From the IMG/VR virus record IMGVR_UViG_3300044846_003573: DNA of 64,000 nucleotides. The stretch is one strand, 5' to 3'. Positions within the stretch are counted from its first letter, which is position 1. Each line of letters starts with the position of its first letter. A program made the position numbers and the translations under genes. The DNA comes from a virus (lineage: Duplodnaviria; Caudoviricetes). This document shows, piece after piece, positions 49,081 through 57,913 of the stretch. The notes beneath the pieces were generated by a model, which saw only the letters and a list, made by a program, of their open reading frames with translations, did not search any database and was not told the DNA's origin.

Positions 49081-49395
49081 TTAGTTAGGTGCTCTCAATC
49101 GTTCAGTGGGTAGGGTGTAAGAAATCTTTATTTGGAGAGTATCACTAACCCAACTACCAATAACTTCTTTTGAATCTAAATAATGTAAAGAAAATAAAGA
49201 AGAAATCTCATCAATTAATTTAGTGGATATATAACACCATTCATTAGTTATACTAGATTTAATTTGAGCGTATTCGTCACCTTCTGAATTAATAAAGTAT
49301 ACACCACCATTTTTCTCAATCTGAATAAAATCCTGATTATCCAAGTACTTAAAGATTACCTGATTTAATTTAGATTCTGTTATAAGGTATTTCAT
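49081..49395 (-). CDS. MKYxITES-tag protein (IFKYLD domain)
   Basis: start moved to MKYLITE. Confidence 0.8.
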   Translation of the reverse strand: MKYLITESKLNQVIFKYLDNQDFIQIEKNGGVYFINSEGDEYAQIKSSITNEWCYISTKLIDEISSLFSLHYLDSKEVIGSWVSDTLQIKISYTLPTERLRAPN

Positions 49396-49502
49396 TATAT
49401 ATAAATACAAAGATACACATAAAACTGAACAATACATATTGGGTTAATAATTTAATAAGAATATGATAATATGGTTTGAGGTTGTTTTTAATACTTATTA
49501 TT

Positions 49503-50210
49503 ATGGATTTATCAAAGTTTTTAACCATAGTAATCCCTTGTAAGAACGAGGGCAAGATAATAGAACAAACGTTGTCCTTATTAAACTTTCAAAAGGGAAT
49601 ACAAGATGTTAGAGTTATTGTTTGTGATTCATCGGATGATGATTATACATCCTATTCTTTGGAAAATAGGAGAACAGATTATTTTAATCTACAGATTATT
49701 TCAGGAGGACTTCCGTCTGTTGCAAGAAATAAGGGGGCTGAGAATGTGGAAACACCTTATGTTTTATTTTTGGATGCTGACATATTCTTATTGGATTTCA
49801 ACATATTAAACAATTGTATATGGGAGTTCTTATTACATAATACAGATTTGATTACATGTAAGGTAAGGTCAACGACAGGTGAGTATAATAGTATATTCAG
49901 ATTGTTTGATACAATACAAAAGGTATTTAAACCAATCACGCCATTTTGTCTTGGTGGGTTCATGATGGTAAAGAAAGAAGTATATGATACAATCGGTGGG
50001 TTTGATGAAAACGCAAGAGTTGCCGAGGATTATCTATTCTCCAAACAAGTTAAACCAAGCAAGTTTTATATCATGAATACGACGGTATTCACAAGTCCAA
50101 GAAGGTTCAAACAGAAAGGGGTGTGGTATATGTTAAAACTTATGGTTAGTTCATTCTTCAACAGAAACAATAAAAATCATTTTGAGGATGATAAAGGATA
50201 CTGGGAATGA
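49503..50210 (+). CDS. family 2 glycosyltransferase
   Basis: IVIPCKNE, VIVCDSSDD, ARNKG, LFLDAD, EDY. Confidence 0.9.
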   Translation: MDLSKFLTIVIPCKNEGKIIEQTLSLLNFQKGIQDVRVIVCDSSDDDYTSYSLENRRTDYFNLQIISGGLPSVARNKGAENVETPYVLFLDADIFLLDFNILNNCIWEFLLHNTDLITCKVRSTTGEYNSIFRLFDTIQKVFKPITPFCLGGFMMVKKEVYDTIGGFDENARVAEDYLFSKQVKPSKFYIMNTTVFTSPRRFKQKGVWYMLKLMVSSFFNRNNKNHFEDDKGYWE

Positions 50211-50923
50211 ATAATTGGAAAACAATAATCATGAGTGATTTACACTTAGGAGCAAGACAATCACAGACAGATAAGATAATAAGTTTCTTGGATAATAACA
50301 CAACAGAAAAACTAATACTGAACGGTGATATTATAGATGGTTGGGCTCTTAAAGGTAATGGTAAATGGACGAAGGATTGTACCAAGATATTCAGGAAGTT
50401 CATGAAGATGTCTGAGAAGAATACAAAGGTAATTTATATAAGAGGAAACCACGATGACTTCCTAAAAGATTTTATTCCATTTAAATTAAACAACATTAGG
50501 ATTGTAAGAAAGTATATACATAATGGTATTGACGGAAGAAAGTATTTTTGTTTTCACGGGGATGTATTGGATTTCGTTATAATGGAAGCGAGGTGGTTAG
50601 CAGTAATCGGTGGATGGTCATATGATATTGTCATTAAGTTTAATACTCTATATAACAAAATAAGAAAGTGGTTTAACTTACCATATCATTCATTGGCAAA
50701 CACAATAAAACAATCAGTAAAAGGGGCAATTAACTTTGTATCTGATTTTGAACAAAACGCGAAAGGTCTAACAAAACAAAAGGGATATGATGTTGCGGTG
50801 TGTGGACATATTCATCACCCGAAGATAGAGAATGACTATATGAACTCAGGAGACTTTTGTGAGAACTCTACATGTCTTGTAGAAGATTATAACGGGGAGT
50901 GGAAGATTATTACTATTAGTTAG
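50207..50923 (+). CDS. LpxH-like (UDP-2,3-diacylglucosamine diphosphatase family) metallophosphoesterase
   Basis: SDLHLG, NGDIIDGW, GNHDD, HGD, CGHIH, NSGD. Confidence 0.85.
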   Translation: MNNWKTIIMSDLHLGARQSQTDKIISFLDNNTTEKLILNGDIIDGWALKGNGKWTKDCTKIFRKFMKMSEKNTKVIYIRGNHDDFLKDFIPFKLNNIRIVRKYIHNGIDGRKYFCFHGDVLDFVIMEARWLAVIGGWSYDIVIKFNTLYNKIRKWFNLPYHSLANTIKQSVKGAINFVSDFEQNAKGLTKQKGYDVAVCGHIHHPKIENDYMNSGDFCENSTCLVEDYNGEWKIITIS

Positions 50924-51245
50924 GTATTTTAAACAAATTGTTCACATCGTGAAAGACCAAACGGGTATAAGTAACCCTCATTTGTAGAGTATTTTCAACC
51001 CATCTACCGATAACTTCCTTAGAATCATATATGTCCAAAGAAAAGAAAGAAGAAATTTCGTAAATTAATCCATGGCGTATATAACACCAACCATCGTTTC
51101 TATCATATCTGATTTGGGCATATTTATCATCTTCCGAATTAACAAAGTATATTGCGTTTCCTCTTTTAATCTGAATAAAGTTCTTAATATCCAAATATCT
51201 AAAGATTACTCTGTCTAATTGTGATTCTGTGATAAGATATTTCAT
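50916..51245 (-). CDS. MKYxITESQL-tag protein (IFRYLD domain)
   Basis: shared tag and domain. Confidence 0.8.
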   Translation of the reverse strand: MKYLITESQLDRVIFRYLDIKNFIQIKRGNAIYFVNSEDDKYAQIRYDRNDGWCYIRHGLIYEISSFFSLDIYDSKEVIGRWVENTLQMRVTYTRLVFHDVNNLFKIPN

Positions 51246-51275
51246 TACATATAAATATCATAAAGATAATAACTA

Positions 51276-51834
51276 TTATTGATTTAAGACCTGTTCCATC
51301 ACATAGTTCATAACAGACATTTCTACATCCGTTGTACATTCCTTATGATTTAATACCTCTTCCACCCCTCTTGTGAAGGGTCCAGAATATGCTTCCAATG
51401 TTGATACCTTATGATTTAATACCTCTTCTACCTCAATTTTTCCAACGTAATCAAGTGAATCGGTTGTAGATACCTTATGATTTAATACTTCTTCCACCAA
51501 TGAATGTTCGGGGTATTTGAGAATGGTAGTTGTAGACACCTTAACATTATGACTTAATACATCTTCCACCCGTGTTCGGATATGAGCATTGTGAGTATTA
51601 GTTGTGGATACCTTACTATTCAATACCTCTTCCACCTTCCAAGGAACACGAACTTTAACATCGCACGTTGTGGATACCTTATGATTTAATACATCTTCCA
51701 CCATCATGCTTTCAACACCGCTACCTGTCACGGTTGTAGATACCTTATGATTTAAGACCTCTTCCACCTTGTCCGTTGTAATTGGAAGTGGAATGAAGGT
51801 TGTGGATACCTTATGATTTAAGACCTCTTCCACC
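51276..51834 (-). repeat. CRISPR-like array D
   Basis: repeats at 51799, 51733, 51667, 51601, 51529 (6-nt insertion), 51463, 51397, 51331. Confidence 0.9.
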
Positions 51835-52070
51835 CAAGAAGATAGAACAGGACAAAAATCATCCAAACTCATGGAGAATATTTGAAAAAACGAATTAAAA
51901 AAATCGTATCTCCACCATAAAGTACCTGACTCATCAAGTTCAAAGTACCAGTATTTATTATCCCTATTAATAAACCATATAGACCCATTATAAGGAATAA
52001 TCTCACAATCACCCAACTCTTTATATAGGTGTTTAAAAATAAGTTGTTTTAATCTATCTGTAATAACCAT
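51276..52070 (-). CDS. array gene D (8 spacers)
   Basis: paralog of A-C; ATG 4 nt after TATATTTG. Confidence 0.85.
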   Translation of the reverse strand: MVITDRLKQLIFKHLYKELGDCEIIPYNGSIWFINRDNKYWYFELDESGTLWWRYDFFNSFFQIFSMSLDDFCPVLSSWVEEVLNHKVSTTFIPLPITTDKVEEVLNHKVSTTVTGSGVESMMVEDVLNHKVSTTCDVKVRVPWKVEEVLNSKVSTTNTHNAHIRTRVEDVLSHNVKVSTTTILKYPEHSLVEEVLNHKVSTTDSLDYVGKIEVEEVLNHKVSTLEAYSGPFTRGVEEVLNHKECTTDVEMSVMNYVMEQVLNQ

Positions 52071-52089
52071 AGAGCAAATATAGTAAGAA

Positions 52090-52880
52090 ATTATGAACTA
52101 AACAAACTCATTCCCCCATTCCACTATCGTGTCGTTCCATTCCCCTTCGGGTCATTACACTAATGGGTTCATTCATTTGTTTACTTCCTAATTTCATCAG
52201 GTCAAGAACTTCCTAATTTCCCCTATTGTATGAATCTATAATTAACGTACAACACTAATCTATAATAATCCCCCATAATGAAAGACACATACTATGAAGG
52301 GACATAACATATTACTGTTAATGGTATTGTACCCCATCGGGATAATGAAATACCCTAAAGGGTATATAAGATGATATTAGTATACCTGTTAGGGTATAAA
52401 ATATATGGTGGAATGTGAAAGGGACAATGTTCTTTATAGGGAACATAACCCTACAGGGTTATCCCTTATATAACACATTATGTCCCACTTTTTACCACCA
52501 CTATAATTGTCCATATCATGTGTCTATATGGTAAGGGGAAATCTTAAAAACCCCCTTGAAGACACTATAAAATACACTTTTCGTTGAAGGATTTAAACAA
52601 CTAAAGTCTGTCCACGCCACTTTATTGTTACATCCTATTTTTAGCTGGAAAATGTATATAGTTAAAAAAACCCTTCTCACACTATCAGGAGGACCACTTT
52701 TTTCACTTTTCATATAACCAAAAACCCCTCTCACATATACGTCAGTGGTAAAAAGTGGGAACATTTACCTATGGACAATATACATAATATACACTATATT
52801 TATAGTTGTTAATATGTCTAAAACCCGTCAAGGGGATTATCCCTTATCTGACGCTCCCCTGACATTTTGACAAAATCAAG
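52090..52880. other. long, largely non-coding palindrome-rich region
   Basis: three ACCCT/AGGGT-type palindromes (52350, 52381, 52445) and a 16-bp inverted repeat 52483-52498/52745-52760. Confidence 0.6.
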
Positions 52881-52885
52881 AAAAA

Positions 52886-53182
52886 ATGAATAATAATTTA
52901 TCAACAATTCCCCCTGACGATATGTCTAACCCCATTTCCATACCTGACATACTGAAAAATTTAAGGGTTGTAACTGACCCTTTACGGGATGTTGTTGCTG
53001 TGACCCTATATTATAATGGGGAAAAGGTGGGTAAGATGGAGTATAGGAAGGCTTCATCTACGTATCAGGGGGATATGAAGATATTAACATTGTATTCTCT
53101 GACCCCTGAGTTCATGGAGTTATTCAAGGGACATGAAAATCCCATACGTGTTTTGGACAACCATGTTAAAGTGTTTGTTTAA
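52886..53182 (+). CDS. hypothetical protein
   Basis: ORF. Confidence 0.5.
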   Translation: MNNNLSTIPPDDMSNPISIPDILKNLRVVTDPLRDVVAVTLYYNGEKVGKMEYRKASSTYQGDMKILTLYSLTPEFMELFKGHENPIRVLDNHVKVFV

Positions 53183-53552
53183 ACTGTTTCCAAATAACAC
53201 TCTTGTACTTTGTTTCATTCCCCCGAGCTTCTACTTCAAAGGGGCAGTCCCAATAACCATGTCTTGTTTGTGATGATGCGTAGTTACGTTTGATACCCCT
53301 TTGTATGTGGTGGGTGTATTCGTGTATGATTGTTTTAACAAACTTATCAACAGTCTCACATGTGGATGGGTTAATAACTAATGCTTCATAATCGTATTGA
53401 CCATAGAGATTTGTTAACCCGTTTCTAATTTTCAGTTTCGGGGATGGTTTGTTTCCATGACCGAGTGTCTTTCTAACTATGGTTATAAGTTGTAACCCCA
53501 TCTTACGAAGTTCGGTGGTTGTGTATGTATCTAATCTATCTTTGAGTTTCAT
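53166..53552 (-). CDS. small zincin-like protein
   Basis: IIHEYTHHIQ + PFEVEA; start moved to MKLKDRL. Confidence 0.6.
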   Translation of the reverse strand: MKLKDRLDTYTTTELRKMGLQLITIVRKTLGHGNKPSPKLKIRNGLTNLYGQYDYEALVINPSTCETVDKFVKTIIHEYTHHIQRGIKRNYASSQTRHGYWDCPFEVEARGNETKYKSVIWKQFKQTL

Positions 53553-53553
53553 A

Positions 53554-53976
53554 TTAGTCGATGAATTTGTAGGTGATGTTCCCGATGATTTCGTCATTGT
53601 GTCTTGGTAATGGGATAGAGGCAGCTTTGAAGAAGGTTGGGATGATTGTGTTGTTGATAAGTTTCTGTGCTCCGTTGTTAGCTGACCACTTTCTGCTCTT
53701 GAAGTAACTTGCTCTGTGATGACTACGCCAAGAGTTAACACTTGGGATTGATGACTCGGCGTAACGGTGACCTTCTCTCTTTAGGGTTACCTCTATGTTA
53801 ATCACACGACCATAAGAATTGGTGTTCCAATTCCACTTGTCTGTCTCACCCACAGATACAATACGAACCGACACCTCACCGAAGTGGTTCCATGTGTCAG
53901 TCATAACAACAAGGTTCTGCTTCTTGATGAATCTCATTAACAATTTGGTTGATAGTTTGTCTTGGGTGATTTTCAT
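53554..53976 (-). CDS. hypothetical protein
   Basis: ORF. Confidence 0.6.
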   Translation of the reverse strand: MKITQDKLSTKLLMRFIKKQNLVVMTDTWNHFGEVSVRIVSVGETDKWNWNTNSYGRVINIEVTLKREGHRYAESSIPSVNSWRSHHRASYFKSRKWSANNGAQKLINNTIIPTFFKAASIPLPRHNDEIIGNITYKFID

Positions 53977-54302
53977 AGTGGTTGTTTATTGTTCTACAAA
54001 TATACAACAATTTTCTTCCCCCACAAAAAAAATCTTCTTTTTTTTTAAAAGCAGGGTGGAGTATACACTCCAAGCATTAACCGTGCCAGCCCTTTATCCC
54101 CTTATCGTTATAAGGTACACTTACGGGGCTAAGTTACAACGAAAATAATTAATAAAAAATTAGGATATTAACTTTCTTCGCCGTATCTTTGTGTTGACGC
54201 TCTTCTTATAAAAAAAAATATATAAGGCACCAAGCTAAGTTACGGCGGATTTTTTAAATAAACAAATATATTATCACATAATAAATCCCTACCTTTGTAG
54301 TA

Positions 54303-54605
54303 ATGAGACAGAAGATATATACCATTAAAGACTTTGACTTCAAACCCCACGGTGTGGTAAAGGGTGCGGTACAAGGTTTACTTACACTCCCCAACAATAT
54401 CACAGTATCTATTGTCGGTGGTGGTCTTCAATCTATTGTCGGTGGGATGAATATGTTACGTGGTGATGGAGTGGATACCTTTGAAGTAGCCGCTTGGTGG
54501 GGTGACCAAGGTGATTGGATTAAACTATCTGACTACGATGATGTGTTATCATATGTTGATAAAGATAGACTACCAATCATACTACTTGATTTATCTAAGA
54601 AATAA
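54303..54605 (+). CDS. hypothetical protein
   Basis: TACCTTTG 5 nt upstream. Confidence 0.6.
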   Translation: MRQKIYTIKDFDFKPHGVVKGAVQGLLTLPNNITVSIVGGGLQSIVGGMNMLRGDGVDTFEVAAWWGDQGDWIKLSDYDDVLSYVDKDRLPIILLDLSKK

Positions 54606-54650
54606 TTTGTATATATAAAACCTTTGAACTATATTTGTAGTCTATACATT

Positions 54651-54839
54651 ATGAAGAAATACATACTACCCCTAATCATGTTAGTCGTTATACTAACATC
54701 TTGTTCTACCCCACAACATGGGTACAACTACAAGAAACATTCTAACACACAACAGAAGATGTACAAACAAACTAAACGTGTGAACAAAGGGAAGAACCAA
54801 CTACAACATCAGTGTACCCCTAAGAAACACAGACGATAA
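54651..54839 (+). CDS. small basic lipoprotein-like protein
   Basis: ILTSC lipobox. Confidence 0.55.
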   Translation: MKKYILPLIMLVVILTSCSTPQHGYNYKKHSNTQQKMYKQTKRVNKGKNQLQHQCTPKKHRR

Positions 54840-54939
54840 GATGAAACGATTTACCATCACACCCAATCAGGCAATCATCCTATACTGTCTACTAATGGTT
54901 ACCATAGTAGCAGTGGTAAAAGGATGTGACCTAATGTAA

Positions 54940-55160
54940 AGGGGAGGGGATACTTATTAAAAGTTATCAACACCCCCTACTACCCCCTCCTATACCCCTA
55001 CCTATGGGGTCCCCCCTCCCGTATCCCCCCTTATATAGGGGGTTTTTTGGTCATATAGGGGGGATAATCCCCTCGAAAAAATCCTGGAAAATTTTTTTAG
55101 AAAAGCGACCCTTTGTTTTAAAATGTTCCCTATATGTAAAAAATAAATTTTGGGAAATTT
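54940..55160. other. G/C homopolymer palindromic region at an apparent strand-composition switch (origin/terminus candidate)
   Basis: C-runs then G-runs; A/C-rich plus strand before, G/T-rich after (visual impression). Confidence 0.4.
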
Positions 55161-55185
55161 TTTGGAAAATTGGTATTTATAAAAT

Positions 55186-55527
55186 ATGAAAAAGATTGTA
55201 ACACTTACGGAATCTGATTTAACTAATATTGTTAAACGTGTGATTAATGAAGATAAGAAAAAATCTTTTAGTCGTAATATGATAAAATTTATAGATAAGA
55301 TTCTTGGTCAGGTAATACCTGGGTTAAAACCTAATGATTATGATGCGGAAGATTACGATGAATATAAGGAGGAGATTGTTTGGACAACTTTGGGGTGTAT
55401 GGCTTATGAAATGGATTATGACTTACCACGAGAGAAAGTGGAGGAATTATTTTCATTAATGGAGACACCTGAATTTAATGAAAAAATTAAGAAAGGATAT
55501 TCTAAGTATAAGAAGATGAAAAATTAA
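55186..55527 (+). CDS. LTESDL-tag protein
   Basis: MKKIVTLTESDL; TATTTAT upstream. Confidence 0.75.
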   Translation: MKKIVTLTESDLTNIVKRVINEDKKKSFSRNMIKFIDKILGQVIPGLKPNDYDAEDYDEYKEEIVWTTLGCMAYEMDYDLPREKVEELFSLMETPEFNEKIKKGYSKYKKMKN

Positions 55528-55554
55528 CCTCTCCAATGATAGTATTGTTGGACC

Positions 55555-55584
55555 GACCCCTTTGATTTATTCAAGGGGTTTTTT
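55555..55584 (+). terminator. intrinsic terminator
   Basis: ACCCCTTTGA..TCAAGGGGT then T-run. Confidence 0.7.
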
Positions 55585-55674
55585 ATTTCATTTTTTTTTC
55601 TTATTATTGATATATGTAAAAAATAAATTTTGGTAAATTAGTATTATTGTTTTATCTTTGTAAAAAAAATATAT

Positions 55675-56175
55675 ATGGAACCTGAAGAAGAGAATATTGG
55701 TATGATGAATATTTTAGGAGATAATGTTTTGTTAACAAGGGATTATGGTAATTATACTATAACTAATGGTGGAATGACTGTTAATCCGTATATTGATAAT
55801 GATTATCGTGTTTCTTCAATGAACAACAGAACGTATAATAAGGATGGTGAATTTGTTTTTCCTGAATTATTATTCAAGGTTCTTAAGAAGAGTTTACCTG
55901 GTATTAATTCAATTGTTATTAATAAGTTTGAAACTAAATTTACATATACTGTTGATAGTTTTGAATCTACTCCAACGTATTTGGTATATGTTGATGTTAG
56001 ATACAATTGGGATTCAAGTGAGGTATTATCTCCTGAGAAGTTGGGTGATAAAATCAACATGTCATTTCCTATGATATATACTGATGTTAAGTTTGTTAAG
56101 TTTCAGGTAAACACCGTTAAGGTTGAGAGACGTGATTACGAAAAAGAGTTTATGAATATCTTTGGGAAAAAATAA
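55675..56175 (+). CDS. hypothetical protein
   Basis: TATCTTTG upstream. Confidence 0.6.
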   Translation: MEPEEENIGMMNILGDNVLLTRDYGNYTITNGGMTVNPYIDNDYRVSSMNNRTYNKDGEFVFPELLFKVLKKSLPGINSIVINKFETKFTYTVDSFESTPTYLVYVDVRYNWDSSEVLSPEKLGDKINMSFPMIYTDVKFVKFQVNTVKVERRDYEKEFMNIFGKK

Positions 56176-56237
56176 TTTTTTTCTTTGTTGTTCAATCCCC
56201 CCTACCCCCTTTTTTGTTTTGATGTATTTATTGTAAT

Positions 56238-56597
56238 ATGAAATACGTTATAACTGAAAACCAATCTTCCGAGTTAATTTCAAAAACTCTTAAAAAACTT
56301 AATATCACATTTTATATTTCGTATATGAGTGATAATGGACGTGATAGTATAACTGCGACGGTATATTTTTATAAAGACGGGAAAATATTCGGATATAATA
56401 ATGGGTATGATTTTATTTTTAAATATGATTCCCTATTTAATCGGTTAATACCTGATGGTCGTTTTCCACACCTTGAACGTAGGGGTGAATTTCAATTTAT
56501 GCCACCAAAAATGGTTATTGAATTTTTTACAGATAAGGTTGAAACTTATTTGAAGAATTATATTGATAAAGGATATACTAACCTTAAAAGAAAATAA
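56238..56597 (+). CDS. MKYxITEN-tag protein
   Basis: shared tag. Confidence 0.75.
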   Translation: MKYVITENQSSELISKTLKKLNITFYISYMSDNGRDSITATVYFYKDGKIFGYNNGYDFIFKYDSLFNRLIPDGRFPHLERRGEFQFMPPKMVIEFFTDKVETYLKNYIDKGYTNLKRK

Positions 56598-56598
56598 T

Positions 56599-56991
56599 AT
56601 GAAATACAAAATCACAAAGGAACAATATTCTAAACTTGTCTATAAGTTAATTGATGCATTTTTTAAGGATGTTAAATTTAACAAAGATGAAGGTGGGGGT
56701 TATTTGACTTATGATATTACTGTTGATGGTGAGGAAGTTGCTTATATTAACACAAAAAAAAGTCCTAATATCGATAAGGGATGTGAATATGAACTTGTAA
56801 TATATGAGGTTACTATATTAAAGATAACAGACTTTGTTCCGATTTTTAGGAAGAAGATATTCTCAAAAATACTCATTAAATATTTTTCTGATATTATTGG
56901 TGAAGATATTGATTGTATTGATTTTGATATGAAACATCATGAAAGTGAAGATACAATTACATATAGAAAAAAATTCAAAAAGAAAAAATAA
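56599..56991 (+). CDS. MKY-tag variant protein
   Basis: MKYKITKEQ. Confidence 0.7.
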   Translation: MKYKITKEQYSKLVYKLIDAFFKDVKFNKDEGGGYLTYDITVDGEEVAYINTKKSPNIDKGCEYELVIYEVTILKITDFVPIFRKKIFSKILIKYFSDIIGEDIDCIDFDMKHHESEDTITYRKKFKKKK

Positions 56992-57051
56992 TTTTTTTTC
57001 CGTTGTTCCAATTCCCCCTACCCCCTTTTTTGTTTTTAGATACTTATTTAT

Positions 57052-57249
57052 ATGAAAGAATTTTTAAAATATCTTATCATATGGATTGCTGAGAATCTAT
57101 CTATTCCATTTTGGGTTGTTGGTCATGTCCATCTATCACTTAATATTTATAACGACATTTATGAGGTTATTGCGTCTTTTGGAATGAATATAATTGTTGG
57201 TGTAGGTTTTTATTTTGGTTGGAAAGAATCATTAAAAAATAAAATTTAA
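57052..57249 (+). CDS. small 2-TM membrane protein
   Basis: hydrophobic segments. Confidence 0.55.
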   Translation: MKEFLKYLIIWIAENLSIPFWVVGHVHLSLNIYNDIYEVIASFGMNIIVGVGFYFGWKESLKNKI

Positions 57250-57274
57250 GTATTTATAGTAAACATTATATATT

Positions 57275-57847
57275 ATGAAAAAAGTTGTAAGATTAACTGA
57301 ATCAGATTTGGTTAAAATAGTTAAAAGAGTTGTTAAAGAAGAGTCTTCTCCAAAAGAAAAAGGAAAAGATTTATATACATTATTACATTCGTTGAGAAAT
57401 TCAATTAATGATGAAGATAAGAAAGAAGCGTTATCTAAACTTGAGGATGTATTTTCTATTGTTAGAGATATGGATAATAAAGATAAACCAAAACGTAAAG
57501 TTAATGAAAATAGACATGAAGAAAAGGATATTTTCATATCTAAAGGTTTCAAGGGAGTTAGAATGGAATTTGGAGGTGAATCGGCATCACCAAGTGATAT
57601 TATTGAGTTATATAATGCTTATGTTGAAGAGGGTATACCATTGGTTAAGTATCTTGGTCGTGATATCTTTTTAAATGCTAATGACGATGAGATTGATAAG
57701 TATTCTGTTCTTGACGAATTGAACTATGCTATTGTTGGTGAAGAAGATGAGGAGGAAGAAGATTATGATGATAATAATCGTCAAAGTTTTGAGGATACCG
57801 GTAGACATCTTGGATGGTTTAATCCCAAACGTTGGAATGATATGTAA
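57275..57847 (+). CDS. LTESDL-tag protein
   Basis: MKKVVRLTESDLVKIVKRVVKEE. Confidence 0.75.
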   Translation: MKKVVRLTESDLVKIVKRVVKEESSPKEKGKDLYTLLHSLRNSINDEDKKEALSKLEDVFSIVRDMDNKDKPKRKVNENRHEEKDIFISKGFKGVRMEFGGESASPSDIIELYNAYVEEGIPLVKYLGRDIFLNANDDEIDKYSVLDELNYAIVGEEDEEEEDYDDNNRQSFEDTGRHLGWFNPKRWNDM

Positions 57848-57865
57848 AACAAAATTAAATTATAC

Positions 57866-57890
57866 AACCCCTCCATGTGAGGGGTTTTTT
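57866..57890 (+). terminator. intrinsic terminator
   Basis: AACCCCTC..GAGGGGTT then T-run. Confidence 0.75.
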
Positions 57891-57898
57891 ATTTGGTA

Positions 57899-57906
57899 TA
57901 TATTTA
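57899..57906 (+). promoter_or_regulatory. recurrent TATTTAT motif 5-10 nt before tagged-gene starts (putative phage late promoter; over 25 copies on both strands)
   Basis: e.g. TATTTATTGTAATATG at 56238, 57914, 58586, 59634; mirrored as CATTATATATAAATA for minus-strand genes. Confidence 0.65.
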
Positions 57907-57913
57907 TTGTAAT

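Noticed and set aside
43044-51834. Canonical non-coding CRISPR-Cas locus
   Set aside because: No cas genes or AT-rich leader in the window; all units are in frame, stop-free and show synonymous repeat variation, so they are reported as CRISPR-like coding arrays.
43044-51834. Diversity-generating retroelement as the source of spacer diversity
   Set aside because: No reverse transcriptase or template repeat in the window, and variation affects all codon positions rather than an adenine-limited pattern; cannot be excluded genome-wide.
55004-55189. 61-aa ORF over the G/C tract
   Set aside because: Low-complexity, runs across palindromes and the next promoter motif; probably spurious.
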